This document shows, in pieces, positions 1 to 9,310 of a DNA stretch of 64,000 bases. A program made the position numbers and the translations under genes. The notes under the pieces were generated by a model. That model searched no databases, was not told the DNA's origin, and saw only the letters and a program-made list of their open reading frames with translations. The number at the start of each line of letters is the position of its first letter. Position 1 is the first letter of the stretch. The stretch is from Vicinamibacteria bacterium (GTDB lineage Bacteria; Acidobacteriota; Vicinamibacteria; Marinacidobacterales; Marinacidobacteraceae), in contig OZ241322.1 in the NCBI GenBank assembly GCA_965199715.1, positions 704,001 through 768,000 on the forward strand, in the 5' to 3' direction.

Positions 1-261
1 ATGGTGGTCGTGAAGCACGGCGGCGACGGCGCGGAGATCCTCGGCGAGCCGGGCAGCCGCGTGGCCGCCCCCGCCCCGATCCTCGGCTCCCGCGACACGA
101 CCGGAGCCGGCGACGCGTTCGCCGCCGGATTCCTCGCCCAGCGGTTCGCCGGCGGCGACGTGCGCCAGCAGTTGCTCCACGGCAACGCGCTCGGAGCCGC
201 GTGCGTCCAGATCCTCGGCGGCCTCCCGGAGCGGCCGTGGAACGCCAAGCGGAAGCCGTGA
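1..261 (+). CDS. PfkB family carbohydrate kinase, C-terminal part (probably begins before the window)
   Basis: PfkB signature DTTGAGDAFAAGFL and VVVKHGGDGA motif. Confidence 0.85.
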   Translation: MVVVKHGGDGAEILGEPGSRVAAPAPILGSRDTTGAGDAFAAGFLAQRFAGGDVRQQLLHGNALGAACVQILGGLPERPWNAKRKP

Positions 262-1622
262 GGGTCGCGCTGCTGGGAGGCGGAGGCTTCCGCGCGCCGC
301 TGCTGGCGCGGGCGCTCGGGTCCGCCGGCCCCGGAGTCGAGGAGCTGTGGCTTCACGACCCCGATCCGGCGCGGCTCGCCGCAGCGGCCGAGGTCGCCCG
401 TGCGCTGGCCCCCGGCCTCCGGATCGAGCAGACCGGCGAAGCCGCCGAGGCGATCCGGGGCGCCCGCTTCGTGATCGCTGCGATCCGGGTCGGCGGCCAG
501 GGGGCGCGCGCGGCTGACGAGCGGCGGCTCCTCGAGGCCGGCGCACTCGGCCAGGAGACCGTCGGCGCGGGCGGCGCGGCGCTGCTGATGCGGAATCTCC
601 CGGCGATGCTGGAGCTGGCGGCCGCGGTGGAGCGCGAGGCGCCGGACGCGCTCCTCGTCAATTACACGAATCCGGCCGGCCTCGTGACCGAAGCCGTGCT
701 GAAGGAGGTCGGGATCCGCGCGGTCGGGATCTGCGACACCCCGGCGGAACTGGCCGACCGGGTCGCCCGGCTGCTCCATCTGGACCTCGAGCGGATGACG
801 TTCTCGTGGTCGGGGATCAACCACTGCGGCTACCTCACGGAAATGCACGAGGAGGAACGCCCGGCGCGCGCCGACTTCCTGCACGCCGGCGTCCCCGACC
901 CGTGGGCGCTTCCCCCCGAGAATCGGCTCGCCGATCTCTTCCGCGATCCCGACCGCCTCCGCCGCGCGCACTCCGGCGGGCTCTTCGAGCCGGAGGAAAT
1001 GGCCGGAGCGATCCCGTCGGAGTACTGCTTCCTGCACCTGCGGCCCGGCCTCGCCGCGTCGCGCGCCCGGGTAGCCGGAACGACCCGGGGCGAGGCCATC
1101 CAGGAATTCGAGAAGCCGTTCTTCGAGGCGCCCCCCGGCGAGCGGGTCCGCCGCTACGAGGCGGCACTGCGAAATCGGGAGGACTCCTACTTCCGGATCG
1201 AGAGCGAGGGGGACGCCGCGCCCCGCAGCGACCGGATCGGAAGCACGGAAGCCACCGGGTACGACCGGATCGGCCTTTCGGTGATCCGGGCCGTGCTCGA
1301 ACGACCGGCGCGGATCGTCGTGAACGCGCGCAACTGGACCGCGCTCGGCGGCCCCGCCGTGCCCGAACTCGCGACGGACGACGTGGCGGAGTGCCCCGCG
1401 GTCGTCGGCTCGGACGAAGCCGGGCGCGCCATGATCCAGCCCCTGCCCCAACCCCCGCTCCCCGCGGATAAGGGCCGGCTCCTGCGCCGGGTCCGCGCCG
1501 CCGAGCGCGGCTTCCTCGAGGCGGCGCTGCGCCGCGACGTCGCGCTCGCCCAGGATGCGGTGCGCGAGCATCCCGCGGGCGGCCCCGAGGCCGCGGCGGT
1601 CTTGCCCTCGCTGTGCCTGTGA
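258..1622 (+). CDS. Glycoside hydrolase family 4 (6-phospho-beta-glucosidase-like)
   Basis: GTG at 258 overlaps the upstream TGA; NAD-binding LLGGGGFR, GQETVGAGG, NYTNPAG, GICD and GINH motifs. Confidence 0.9.
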   Translation: MRVALLGGGGFRAPLLARALGSAGPGVEELWLHDPDPARLAAAAEVARALAPGLRIEQTGEAAEAIRGARFVIAAIRVGGQGARAADERRLLEAGALGQETVGAGGAALLMRNLPAMLELAAAVEREAPDALLVNYTNPAGLVTEAVLKEVGIRAVGICDTPAELADRVARLLHLDLERMTFSWSGINHCGYLTEMHEEERPARADFLHAGVPDPWALPPENRLADLFRDPDRLRRAHSGGLFEPEEMAGAIPSEYCFLHLRPGLAASRARVAGTTRGEAIQEFEKPFFEAPPGERVRRYEAALRNREDSYFRIESEGDAAPRSDRIGSTEATGYDRIGLSVIRAVLERPARIVVNARNWTALGGPAVPELATDDVAECPAVVGSDEAGRAMIQPLPQPPLPADKGRLLRRVRAAERGFLEAALRRDVALAQDAVREHPAGGPEAAAVLPSLCL

Positions 1623-1979
1623 CCGCCCCCGACCTCTCCCGGATCACCGGCTTCATCTGGAACTTCGCCGACGACGTGCTCCGGGACGTCTACGTCCGGG
1701 GCAAGTACCGGGACGTCATCCTGCCGATGACGGTGCTGCGTCGCCTCGACGCCGTGCTCGAAGGCACGAGGCAGGCCGTGCTCGACGCCGGGGCCGCGCT
1801 CGACCGGGCGGGAATCGTGGAGCAGGACGCGGCGCGGCGCAGCGCCGCCGGGCGCGACTTCTACGACGTCTCCCGGTTCAGCATGCGGGACCTCCGCGGC
1901 CGCGCCACCAAGCAGCGGCCCGAGGCGGACTTCCGAATGTGGCTCGACGGCTTCTCGCCCGACGTCCAGGACATCTCTA
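1619..1979 (+). pseudogene. Type I R-M HsdM N-terminal fragment
   Basis: FIWNFADDVLRDVYVRGKYRDVILPMTVLRRLDAVLE...YDVSRF...WLDGFSPDVQDI is a typical HsdM N-terminus; similarity stops after about 120 codons and no catalytic domain follows. Confidence 0.8.
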
Positions 1980-1997
1980 CTCCGCGGCGTCGCCCTG

Positions 1998-2669
1998 ATG
2001 CGGAGAATCCGCGACGACCTCAACCGGAAGTGCGAAGAGATAGGCACGGAGAAGTTCGACGAATGGATGGACTCCCGGCCCTATCGAAATCCCCGCTTCG
2101 CGAGGGTCGCGGCGCGGCGCCAGGAAACTGAGGACGGGAACGGAGCGAACGCCCGCTCGCTGACGCGTCCTACAGCTCAAGCCCGCCGCCGAGCTGCTGT
2201 TCCGGCGCCGCGACCACCGCGGACCTACGTGGACACGACGATGTTCGGCGGTCTGGACGACTGGCGCTTCGACGTTCCGACCTCGGAGTTGTTCAGGGCG
2301 TTTCGCGAGGGCCGGGCGATTCTCGTGATTTCCCGACTCACGCTCGGGGAGCTGGAAGCGGAGCCGGAACGCGTGCGCACGCTCTCGGAAGCCGTGCCCG
2401 AAGCGAACATGGAAGTGCTCGCCGCCTCGGCCGGGGCCGAGGCGCTGGCCGACGCATACATCGAGACCGGGCTCATGGAGCCGCGCAGCCGCAGCGATGC
2501 GCTCCACATCGCTCTTGCGAGCGCGGCGGGCGTGGACCCGCTTTCGAGATGGGATTTCACGCACATGACGTGGTCGGGGCGTCTGGATGCGTTCAACCGA
2601 GTGAATCGGCGGTTCGGGCATTCCGACATCCTGATCACCGATCCCGCGCACCGTAGCTGTGTCGTCTGA
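1998..2669 (+). CDS. PIN-domain (VapC-like) protein with an N-terminal antitoxin-like segment in the same frame
   Basis: YVDTT, ISRLTLGEL, DALHIALA and WDFTH PIN motifs from about 2220 onward. Confidence 0.75.
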   Translation: MRRIRDDLNRKCEEIGTEKFDEWMDSRPYRNPRFARVAARRQETEDGNGANARSLTRPTAQARRRAAVPAPRPPRTYVDTTMFGGLDDWRFDVPTSELFRAFREGRAILVISRLTLGELEAEPERVRTLSEAVPEANMEVLAASAGAEALADAYIETGLMEPRSRSDALHIALASAAGVDPLSRWDFTHMTWSGRLDAFNRVNRRFGHSDILITDPAHRSCVV

Positions 2670-2704
2670 AGGACGCCGCGAAGACGCTCCAAGGCATTCC
2701 CCTG

Positions 2705-3007
2705 ATGCGACGCCTGCGCGATCGGTTCAACGCCCGAATCGTGGACATGACCCCCGAGGAGCGCGTCGCCTGGATCCACTCCCTTCGGCACGGCGACCCT
2801 CGGTTCGCCCGACTTGCGGCGATGGCGCGTGACCCGGAGGACGCCCGGCGCGAAGCCGCTCGGCGACGACGAGCGGAGGGGCGAATCTTCCGACGGCGGG
2901 AGAAGCGACTGACGGGAGCGGGAGAAAGATCCCCGCGACCAGAGTTCTGGAACTCCGCCCGGCTCGAACGCGAGGCCCGACCGGAAGCGCACGGTATCTT
3001 TCCTTGA
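2705..3007 (+). CDS. Small putative antitoxin downstream of the PIN gene
   Basis: MRRLRDRFNARIVDMTPEERVAWI resembles small PIN-associated partners and is paralogous to the N-terminus of ORF 1998. Confidence 0.55.
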   Translation: MRRLRDRFNARIVDMTPEERVAWIHSLRHGDPRFARLAAMARDPEDARREAARRRRAEGRIFRRREKRLTGAGERSPRPEFWNSARLEREARPEAHGIFP

Positions 3008-3009
3008 CG

Positions 3010-4425
3010 ATGCTCCTCCGGCTCGCCCCTCTCCTGATCGGCGGACTGCTCGCCGCTCCGCTCGCCTCGGCCCAGCCGTTTCCCGATCCGGGCGATCCGT
3101 TCGCCGAGGATCCCTTCGGCGACCGGTTCGGTGCGCCCGATCCGCGCCAGGTGGAGTCGCTCGTGCGCACCGCGCTCTTCGGGCGGCGGGGGCCGGCCCG
3201 CACCCGCGCGCTGGGGGCTCTGATCGAGCGCGACCGGAACGACGTGGTGCCCGCGTTCATCGCGACGCTGCGGGTGCTTCCCGACGAGGACGGCCAGTTG
3301 CTGCGCACGCTCCGGCGCCTCGCCCGCGCCGACATCGGGCGCGACTGGAAGGCGTGGACCGAGTGGCAGGAGGAGCACGACGAGATCCGCCCGTACCGCG
3401 GCTTCGACGCGCTCAAGAGCGACATCCTCGCCGGGATCGACCCGGCGTTCCGCGATTTCGTGCATCGCGGGGTCAAGCACGAGATCCGCATCGAGGAGAT
3501 CGTTTGGGGCGGAGTCAAGAAGGACGGCATCCCGGCGCTCACGAATCCGCCCCGCATCCCGGCGGAGGAAGCCGACTACCTCACGCCCGGCGAACTGGTC
3601 TTCGGCGTGGAGATCGCGGGCGACGCGCGGGCCTATCCGCTGCGCATCCTCGACTGGCACGAGATGTTCAACGACGTGATCGGCGGCGTGCCGGTGTCGC
3701 TCGCCTACTGCACCCTGTGCGGGTCCGGCATCCTCTTCGACGGCCGCGTCCCGGGGCGGCGCAAGCCGTTCGTCTTCGGCTCGTCGGGGCTGCTCTACCG
3801 GTCCAACAAGCTGATGTACGACACCGAGACCGAGTCGCTGTGGAACCAGTTCACCGGCCGCCCGGTGGTCGGCGCACTCACCGGATCGGACATCCGGCTC
3901 AAGATGCTGCCCGTCGTGATCGCGAGCTGGGCGGACTGGAAAGCGGACCACCCGGACACCACGGTCCTGAGTCTTGACACCGGCTACGAGCGCGACTATC
4001 GGCCGGGCCAGCCTTACGGCTCCTACTTCGCGAGCCCCGAGCTGATGTTCCCGGTCGTGGTGCGCGACCGCCGTCTCGACCCGAAGGACCGCATCTTCGT
4101 CCTGCGCGAGGGCGAGGACGAGATGGCGTGGGCGGTCTCGCTGTTCACGGCGAGCCCGGTGCTCCACGATCGGGTAGGCGCGCTGCCGGTCGTCCTCGTC
4201 GGCGCGCCCGAGACCGAGACGGTGCGGGCCTTCCATTCGGGCGGGCGGACGTTCCGGCCCGGCGATGATCCGAAGACGCTCCTGACCGACGAGGGCGCCT
4301 GGACCGTCGGCGAGGACGCGCTTACCGGACCCGGCGGCGAGACGCTCGCCCGGCTCCCCGGACACGTCGCCTACTGGTTCGCCTGGCAGAGCTACATGGG
4401 CGACCGCCCGGCGCGGGTCGAATAG
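3010..4425 (+). CDS. DUF3179 domain-containing exported protein
   Basis: Signal peptide; GGVKKDGIPAL, RAYPLRILDWHE, YCTLCGSG, GLLYRSNKLMYD and SLWNQFTG motifs. Confidence 0.85.
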   Translation: MLLRLAPLLIGGLLAAPLASAQPFPDPGDPFAEDPFGDRFGAPDPRQVESLVRTALFGRRGPARTRALGALIERDRNDVVPAFIATLRVLPDEDGQLLRTLRRLARADIGRDWKAWTEWQEEHDEIRPYRGFDALKSDILAGIDPAFRDFVHRGVKHEIRIEEIVWGGVKKDGIPALTNPPRIPAEEADYLTPGELVFGVEIAGDARAYPLRILDWHEMFNDVIGGVPVSLAYCTLCGSGILFDGRVPGRRKPFVFGSSGLLYRSNKLMYDTETESLWNQFTGRPVVGALTGSDIRLKMLPVVIASWADWKADHPDTTVLSLDTGYERDYRPGQPYGSYFASPELMFPVVVRDRRLDPKDRIFVLREGEDEMAWAVSLFTASPVLHDRVGALPVVLVGAPETETVRAFHSGGRTFRPGDDPKTLLTDEGAWTVGEDALTGPGGETLARLPGHVAYWFAWQSYMGDRPARVE

Positions 4426-4435
4426 CGCCGGTCCC

Positions 4436-5776
4436 ATGAGTCAGACGGGACCGGACGCCGCCCTCGAGCGGCGGATGGGCCTGCTGGGGGCCACCGCCAC
4501 CAACATCATCGGGATGGTCGGGATCGGCCCGTTCCTGACGATTCCGCTGATGGTCGCCGCGATGGGCGGCCCCCACATCGTCTGGGCGTGGCTCCTCGGG
4601 GCCGTGCTCTCGCTCGCCGACGGACTCGTGTACGCCCAGCTCGGCGCTGCGCTCCCGGGCAGCGGCGGCCCCTACCTCTACTTGCGGGAGGCGTTCCGGC
4701 CCTTCGGGCTGGGACGGCTCATGGCTTTCCTGTTCCTCTTCCACATCCTGCTCGTCGCCCCGCTCTCGCTCGCCGGCGGCGCGGTCGGGTTCGCCGACTA
4801 CCTCGGCTACTACCTGCCCGAGATGGGGCGGACGCCGCACGACCTGGCCGCCGCCTCGGTGTGCCTTCTCGTCGGGTTCCTGCTGTACCGGAACATCGAC
4901 TCGGTCGAGCGGCTCACGAAGGCCATGCTGGCGCTCGTGCTGGCCACCACCGGCTGGGTCATCGTCGCCGGCCTGATGCACGGCTCCGGGCTTCCTGCGC
5001 TCGCGCCGCCCGACGGCTGGGGCCCCGGTTTCTGGACCAGCCTCGGCGCGACCGCCGTGATCGCCATGTACAGCTTCGGCGGGTACAACCAGGTCTGCAA
5101 CATCGCAGGGGAGGTCCGCGACCCGGCGCGCAACATCCCGCGCTCGATCCTGCTCTCGATCGCCGTCGTGGGCGCGATCTACGTAGCCATGACCACGGTC
5201 ATGCTGAGCGCGATCCCGTGGAAGGAGGCGGAGCGGAGCAACACGCTGGCGTCCACCTTCATCGCCCGCACCGTGTCCGATCCCGGCCTCGGGGCCATGG
5301 CCGGCTCGGTCGTCACCGCGATGATCCTCACGGTCGCGATCGCGTCGGTGTTCGCGTTCGCGCTCGGTTACTCCCGGATGCCGTGGGCGGCGGCCCGGGA
5401 CGGCCAGTTCTTCGCCGTCTTCGGGAAGCTGCATCCGACGCGGCGCTTCCCGCACGTTTCGCTGATCGTCCTGATCGCAGCCTCGATCCCCTTTTGTTTC
5501 TTCACGTTGGGCCAGCTCGTGAACTGGCTCATGCAGGTGCAGATCCTGCTCCGGTTCGCGTGGCAGTGCGTCGCAGTCATCCTGCTGGCGCGCTACCGGA
5601 AGGACATCGACCAGCCGTTCCGGATGTGGCTCCACCCCCTGCCCGCGCTCGTCTCGCTCGGCCTGTGGATCGCGCTCTTCCTCACCGGACCGACGAGCGG
5701 AGTCTGGTTCTCGCTCGGATTCCTCGCGCTGGGATGCATCGTGTATCTCGGATTCCGGGCCACTCGCGAGGCCTGA
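4436..5776 (+). CDS. APC family amino acid permease
   Basis: About 12 hydrophobic segments; MVGIGPF, PGSGGPYLYL and AGEVRDPARNIPR motifs. Confidence 0.88.
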   Translation: MSQTGPDAALERRMGLLGATATNIIGMVGIGPFLTIPLMVAAMGGPHIVWAWLLGAVLSLADGLVYAQLGAALPGSGGPYLYLREAFRPFGLGRLMAFLFLFHILLVAPLSLAGGAVGFADYLGYYLPEMGRTPHDLAAASVCLLVGFLLYRNIDSVERLTKAMLALVLATTGWVIVAGLMHGSGLPALAPPDGWGPGFWTSLGATAVIAMYSFGGYNQVCNIAGEVRDPARNIPRSILLSIAVVGAIYVAMTTVMLSAIPWKEAERSNTLASTFIARTVSDPGLGAMAGSVVTAMILTVAIASVFAFALGYSRMPWAAARDGQFFAVFGKLHPTRRFPHVSLIVLIAASIPFCFFTLGQLVNWLMQVQILLRFAWQCVAVILLARYRKDIDQPFRMWLHPLPALVSLGLWIALFLTGPTSGVWFSLGFLALGCIVYLGFRATREA

Positions 5777-6864
5777 TGGATCTCGACGCGCTGCGGCGCG
5801 AGCTCGCCGAGGTGGACCGGCAAATCCTCGACGCCTGGGCCCGGCGCGACGCGATCACGACGGCGATCGGCCGCGCCAAGCAGGCGGCGGGCCGGCCCAT
5901 CCACGATCCCGGCCAGGAGCGGCAGGTGCTGGACCGCGCCCGCGCCCACGCCCGGGAACGGGGCCTCGCTCCCGACATCGCGGCGGACGTGCTGCGCCTG
6001 CTCATGCGCTCGTCCCTCGGCCGGCAGGAAGACCATCGCGTGCGCAGTCAGTGGCTCGGGGACGACCGGCCCGCGCTCGTCATCGGGGGCGGCGGGCGGA
6101 TGGGACGCTGGTTCTGCCGCTTCCTCGGCGCGCAGGGATACCGCGTCACCGCGGCCGATCCGGCCGACGCGCCGATCGGGATCCCGCGGGTGGAGGACTG
6201 GCGCGCGACCCGCGACGAGTTCGCGCTCACGGTGGTCGCGACCCCCATCGCCGCCACCGGGAAGACGCTCGAGGATCTCGCCGCGCGGCGCCGCTCGGGC
6301 CTGATCTTCGACATCGGCTCGGTCAAGGCGCCGCTCGCGAAGGGGCACGATGCGCTCGCCCGCGCCGGGCGCCACGCCGCCTCGGTGCACCCGATGTTCG
6401 GCCCGGACGCCCACGTGCTCCACGGCTGCCACGTCCTCGTCATGGACGTCGGCGACGAGGCGGCGCGGGAGGAGGCCGCCCGCGTCTTCGACGGCACCAC
6501 CGCGGAGGTCCTGCGCATCCCGCTCGCGGACCACGACCCGCTCATGTCCTACGTGCTCGGGCTGTCCCACGCCCTCAACCTCGCGTTCCTCCGGGCGCTC
6601 TCGAGAAGCGGCGAGCAGGCCCCCGCCCTCGCCCGGATCTCGAGCGTGACGTTCAACCGCCAGCTCGGCGTGGCGGCGGCGGTGGCCGGCGAGAACCCGC
6701 GCCTCTACTACGAGATCCAGCACGCGAACCCCCACGGCGACCGCGCCCTCGCCGGCCTCCTCGAGGCGGTGACCCGGCTTCGGGAGGCCGCCGCCGGGGA
6801 CGAGGCGGCGTTCGTCCGGATCATGGAGGAGGGGCTCGAGTACCTGAGCCGCCGCCCCGCCTAG
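5776..6864 (+). CDS. tyrA: Bifunctional chorismate mutase / prephenate dehydrogenase
   Basis: ATG at 5776 overlaps the upstream stop; LRRELAEVDRQI chorismate mutase domain; GGGGRMG, DIGSVK and HPMFGP dehydrogenase motifs. Confidence 0.88.
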   Translation: MDLDALRRELAEVDRQILDAWARRDAITTAIGRAKQAAGRPIHDPGQERQVLDRARAHARERGLAPDIAADVLRLLMRSSLGRQEDHRVRSQWLGDDRPALVIGGGGRMGRWFCRFLGAQGYRVTAADPADAPIGIPRVEDWRATRDEFALTVVATPIAATGKTLEDLAARRRSGLIFDIGSVKAPLAKGHDALARAGRHAASVHPMFGPDAHVLHGCHVLVMDVGDEAAREEAARVFDGTTAEVLRIPLADHDPLMSYVLGLSHALNLAFLRALSRSGEQAPALARISSVTFNRQLGVAAAVAGENPRLYYEIQHANPHGDRALAGLLEAVTRLREAAAGDEAAFVRIMEEGLEYLSRRPA

Positions 6865-8171
6865 GCCCGGAACCGGCGCACCAGCGGAGCCGCCCAGAAG
6901 TAGAGCGCGAAGAGGTCGAGACCCCGCGAGAGCACGGTCGCCCAGCTCGCCGCGAGCACGCCGATGACGGCGATCGGCTCGGAAATGAGCGCGTACATGA
7001 GCCCGGCGACCGCGACGGTCTCGAGAATCCCCGCCCACGTGATCGCGTCCGTCTTGCCGCTCCAGACCATGAGCGCCCGGCAGAACGCGAGAAGCACCGA
7101 GAGCATCGGCATGAGCACGACGATCTGGAGCGCCGGGATCGAGAGCGCGGTCAGATCGGGAGTGAGGCCGGCCACCGACTCGAACCAGACGCCGGCGAGC
7201 GGGGTCGCGGCGATGAGCGCCTGCAACAGGGTGGCCCCGACCCCCAGCCACACCGCGAAGCGGAGGAGAATCCGGTAGCGCTCGCGGGTTCCGTCCAGCA
7301 GCGCGATGGCCACCTCCTGGAACGAGAGCCCCATGCTCCGGAACACGAAGGAGAGCGCGGCCACGACCGGATAGGACGCGAGCGACTCGAGCGCGAGGCG
7401 CGAGTGGCTCAGGAACAGGTTGATGAGAGGGTGGATGCCGAGCGCGATCACCGAGCTCACGAGCAGCGGCAGGTAGAACCGCAGGAACCGGGGCAGCGTG
7501 AGCGGCTCGCCGCTCGCGGGCTTCTTCATCACGCTGCGGATGCAGTCGGCGACCATCACCCGGGTGACCACCGCCTCCAGGACGACGGCGACCGAAAGCG
7601 CCGCCGCGCCGACCAGCGCGCCGGGCAGCGGCCCGCGGAAGAGCGCCGCCGCCGTCACCGCCATGCCGCCGAGCCGGATCACGGTCCCGTAGGCCACGCG
7701 GCGGGTGTGGCCGTGACTGATCATCACGCCTTGGTAGAAGCGGCGGTAGCCGATGGCCGCGGGCCACGGGAGCAGCATGAGCAACGCGAGGCGGCTCAGC
7801 TCGGACACCTCGGGTTCCACGTCCATGAGGATCGCCGTCGTCATCGGGTACAGCGGCGTGAGCACCCACAGGAGCGCCAGCGCGGTGAGGAACGCGTTCA
7901 GCCCGAGCCCGTAGCGCCGCAGACGGAGGAAGGCGTCCCGATCCCGGCAGAGCGCCGTCGAGGCGCTCAGCATCATGATGATCGGCGCCTCGAGCATGAG
8001 CGCGAACGCGAAGGCCACGCCGTACGCCGCGAGGTTCACGGTGGCGTCGGGGAGCCGGGCCACGATGCCGGCGACCAGCAGGCCCTCCATCGACATCATG
8101 AACCACGTCGCGCCCATGGGCGCCCAGAGCCGGAAGACCCGGCCCATGGTCAGCGGCTCGCCCGGCGTCAC
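6861..8171 (-). CDS. MATE/MOP-like multi-pass membrane protein
   Basis: About 12 TM segments in two pseudo-repeated halves, both starting GEPLT. Confidence 0.65.
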   Translation of the reverse strand: MTPGEPLTMGRVFRLWAPMGATWFMMSMEGLLVAGIVARLPDATVNLAAYGVAFAFALMLEAPIIMMLSASTALCRDRDAFLRLRRYGLGLNAFLTALALLWVLTPLYPMTTAILMDVEPEVSELSRLALLMLLPWPAAIGYRRFYQGVMISHGHTRRVAYGTVIRLGGMAVTAAALFRGPLPGALVGAAALSVAVVLEAVVTRVMVADCIRSVMKKPASGEPLTLPRFLRFYLPLLVSSVIALGIHPLINLFLSHSRLALESLASYPVVAALSFVFRSMGLSFQEVAIALLDGTRERYRILLRFAVWLGVGATLLQALIAATPLAGVWFESVAGLTPDLTALSIPALQIVVLMPMLSVLLAFCRALMVWSGKTDAITWAGILETVAVAGLMYALISEPIAVIGVLAASWATVLSRGLDLFALYFWAAPLVRRFRA

Positions 8172-9310
8172 GCCCGGACCCCCTCAAGATCGAACTCGCG
8201 CGCGAGGCCGTCGGCCAACTGGAGCCCGGCGCGCGTCGGCAGGACCCGGGGCGGCTCCAGCCGGACGAGGCCCCGATCTTCCCAGTCGGCGATCCGCTCC
8301 CGGTTCGCGGCGGCGACCTCCTCGGGGAAGCCGCCCAGATCCAGTCCGTCCACGGTGCGAAGGCCGAGGAGGACCTCCTCCAGCGCCGCCTGCCGCGGCG
8401 TGAGCGACTCGCCCCCCGCGTCGGGGGGGACGCCGCGCCCGAGCGCGTCCTCCCACGCGCCGACGCCGCGGTGGTTCCACGTCCGCCGCGCCTCGGCGGG
8501 AGCGAACGAATGCGCCGACGGGCCAACGCCGGTGTAGGGGGCGCGCTGCCAGTACTTCTGGTTGTGCGGGGACCGGCGCCCCGGCTCGCGGGCGAAGTTG
8601 CTGACTTCGTAGGCGAGGAAGCCCTCGCCCTCGAGCGTCTCGTGCACCAGCGGGAAGAACGCCTCGTCCGCCGGCGTCTCGCCCTTGCGCGCGAAGGGCG
8701 TGCCCGGCTCGATCGTCAGCTCGTAGGCCGACAGGTGGGTCACGCCGACAAGCGCCGCCGCCTCGCGCAGCTCCCGGACGAGGCCGGCCGCGGTCTGCCC
8801 GCGGGTCCCGTAAATCACGTCGAGCGAGATCCACGGGGTTCCGGCGGCGGCCAGCCGCTCCACGGCGATCCGGACGTCGGCGGTCCGGTGCCGCCGTCCC
8901 AGAAACCGCAGCCGCTCGTCGTCGAGCGCCTGCGCCCCGAGGCTGACTCCAAGGATCCCGGCCTCGACCCACGCTTCGGCGAGCGTCGGGTCATGAACGA
9001 GATCCTCGGGATTCGCCTCGACGGTGCGGAACGCGCCGGGCCGGACGTGCCCCGCGTCCTCGGCCGCCTCGATCCACTCGGCGAGCATCCCGGAGGGCGC
9101 GAGCGAGGGAGTCCCGCCGCCGAAGTAGAGCGTGTCGGCGCCGGCCGGCGGACGCAGCGCGAACTCGTCGAGCAGCGCCCGGCCGAAGCGTTCGAGGCGG
9201 GCGTGCGGATCCCGGCCCGCCCGGGTCACCGCAAAGTCGCAGTAGGGGCAGATCCGGTCGCAGAAGGGGACGTGGACGTAGAAACCCGGAAGCAGCCCCG
9301 CTCCCGTCAC
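8168..9310 (-). CDS. hemW: Radical SAM heme chaperone / coproporphyrinogen III oxidase family
   Basis: YVHVPFCDRICPYCDF (CxxxCxxC), YFGGGTPS, YEVSNFA and HNQKYW motifs; directly downstream of lepA. Confidence 0.9.
   Translation of the reverse strand: MTGAGLLPGFYVHVPFCDRICPYCDFAVTRAGRDPHARLERFGRALLDEFALRPPAGADTLYFGGGTPSLAPSGMLAEWIEAAEDAGHVRPGAFRTVEANPEDLVHDPTLAEAWVEAGILGVSLGAQALDDERLRFLGRRHRTADVRIAVERLAAAGTPWISLDVIYGTRGQTAAGLVRELREAAALVGVTHLSAYELTIEPGTPFARKGETPADEAFFPLVHETLEGEGFLAYEVSNFAREPGRRSPHNQKYWQRAPYTGVGPSAHSFAPAEARRTWNHRGVGAWEDALGRGVPPDAGGESLTPRQAALEEVLLGLRTVDGLDLGGFPEEVAAANRERIADWEDRGLVRLEPPRVLPTRAGLQLADGLAREFDLEGVRA

Noticed and set aside
3070-3145. Repeated DPF-like peptides at the DUF3179 N-terminus
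   Set aside because: Short low-complexity linker, not a true tandem repeat
4588-5775. Long N-terminal extensions of track ORFs (tyrA, hemW, M28, amidohydrolases, cytochrome, creatininase, npdG)
   Set aside because: They overlap real genes in another frame; starts were reassigned to the codons at ATGA/GTGA overlaps or signal peptides
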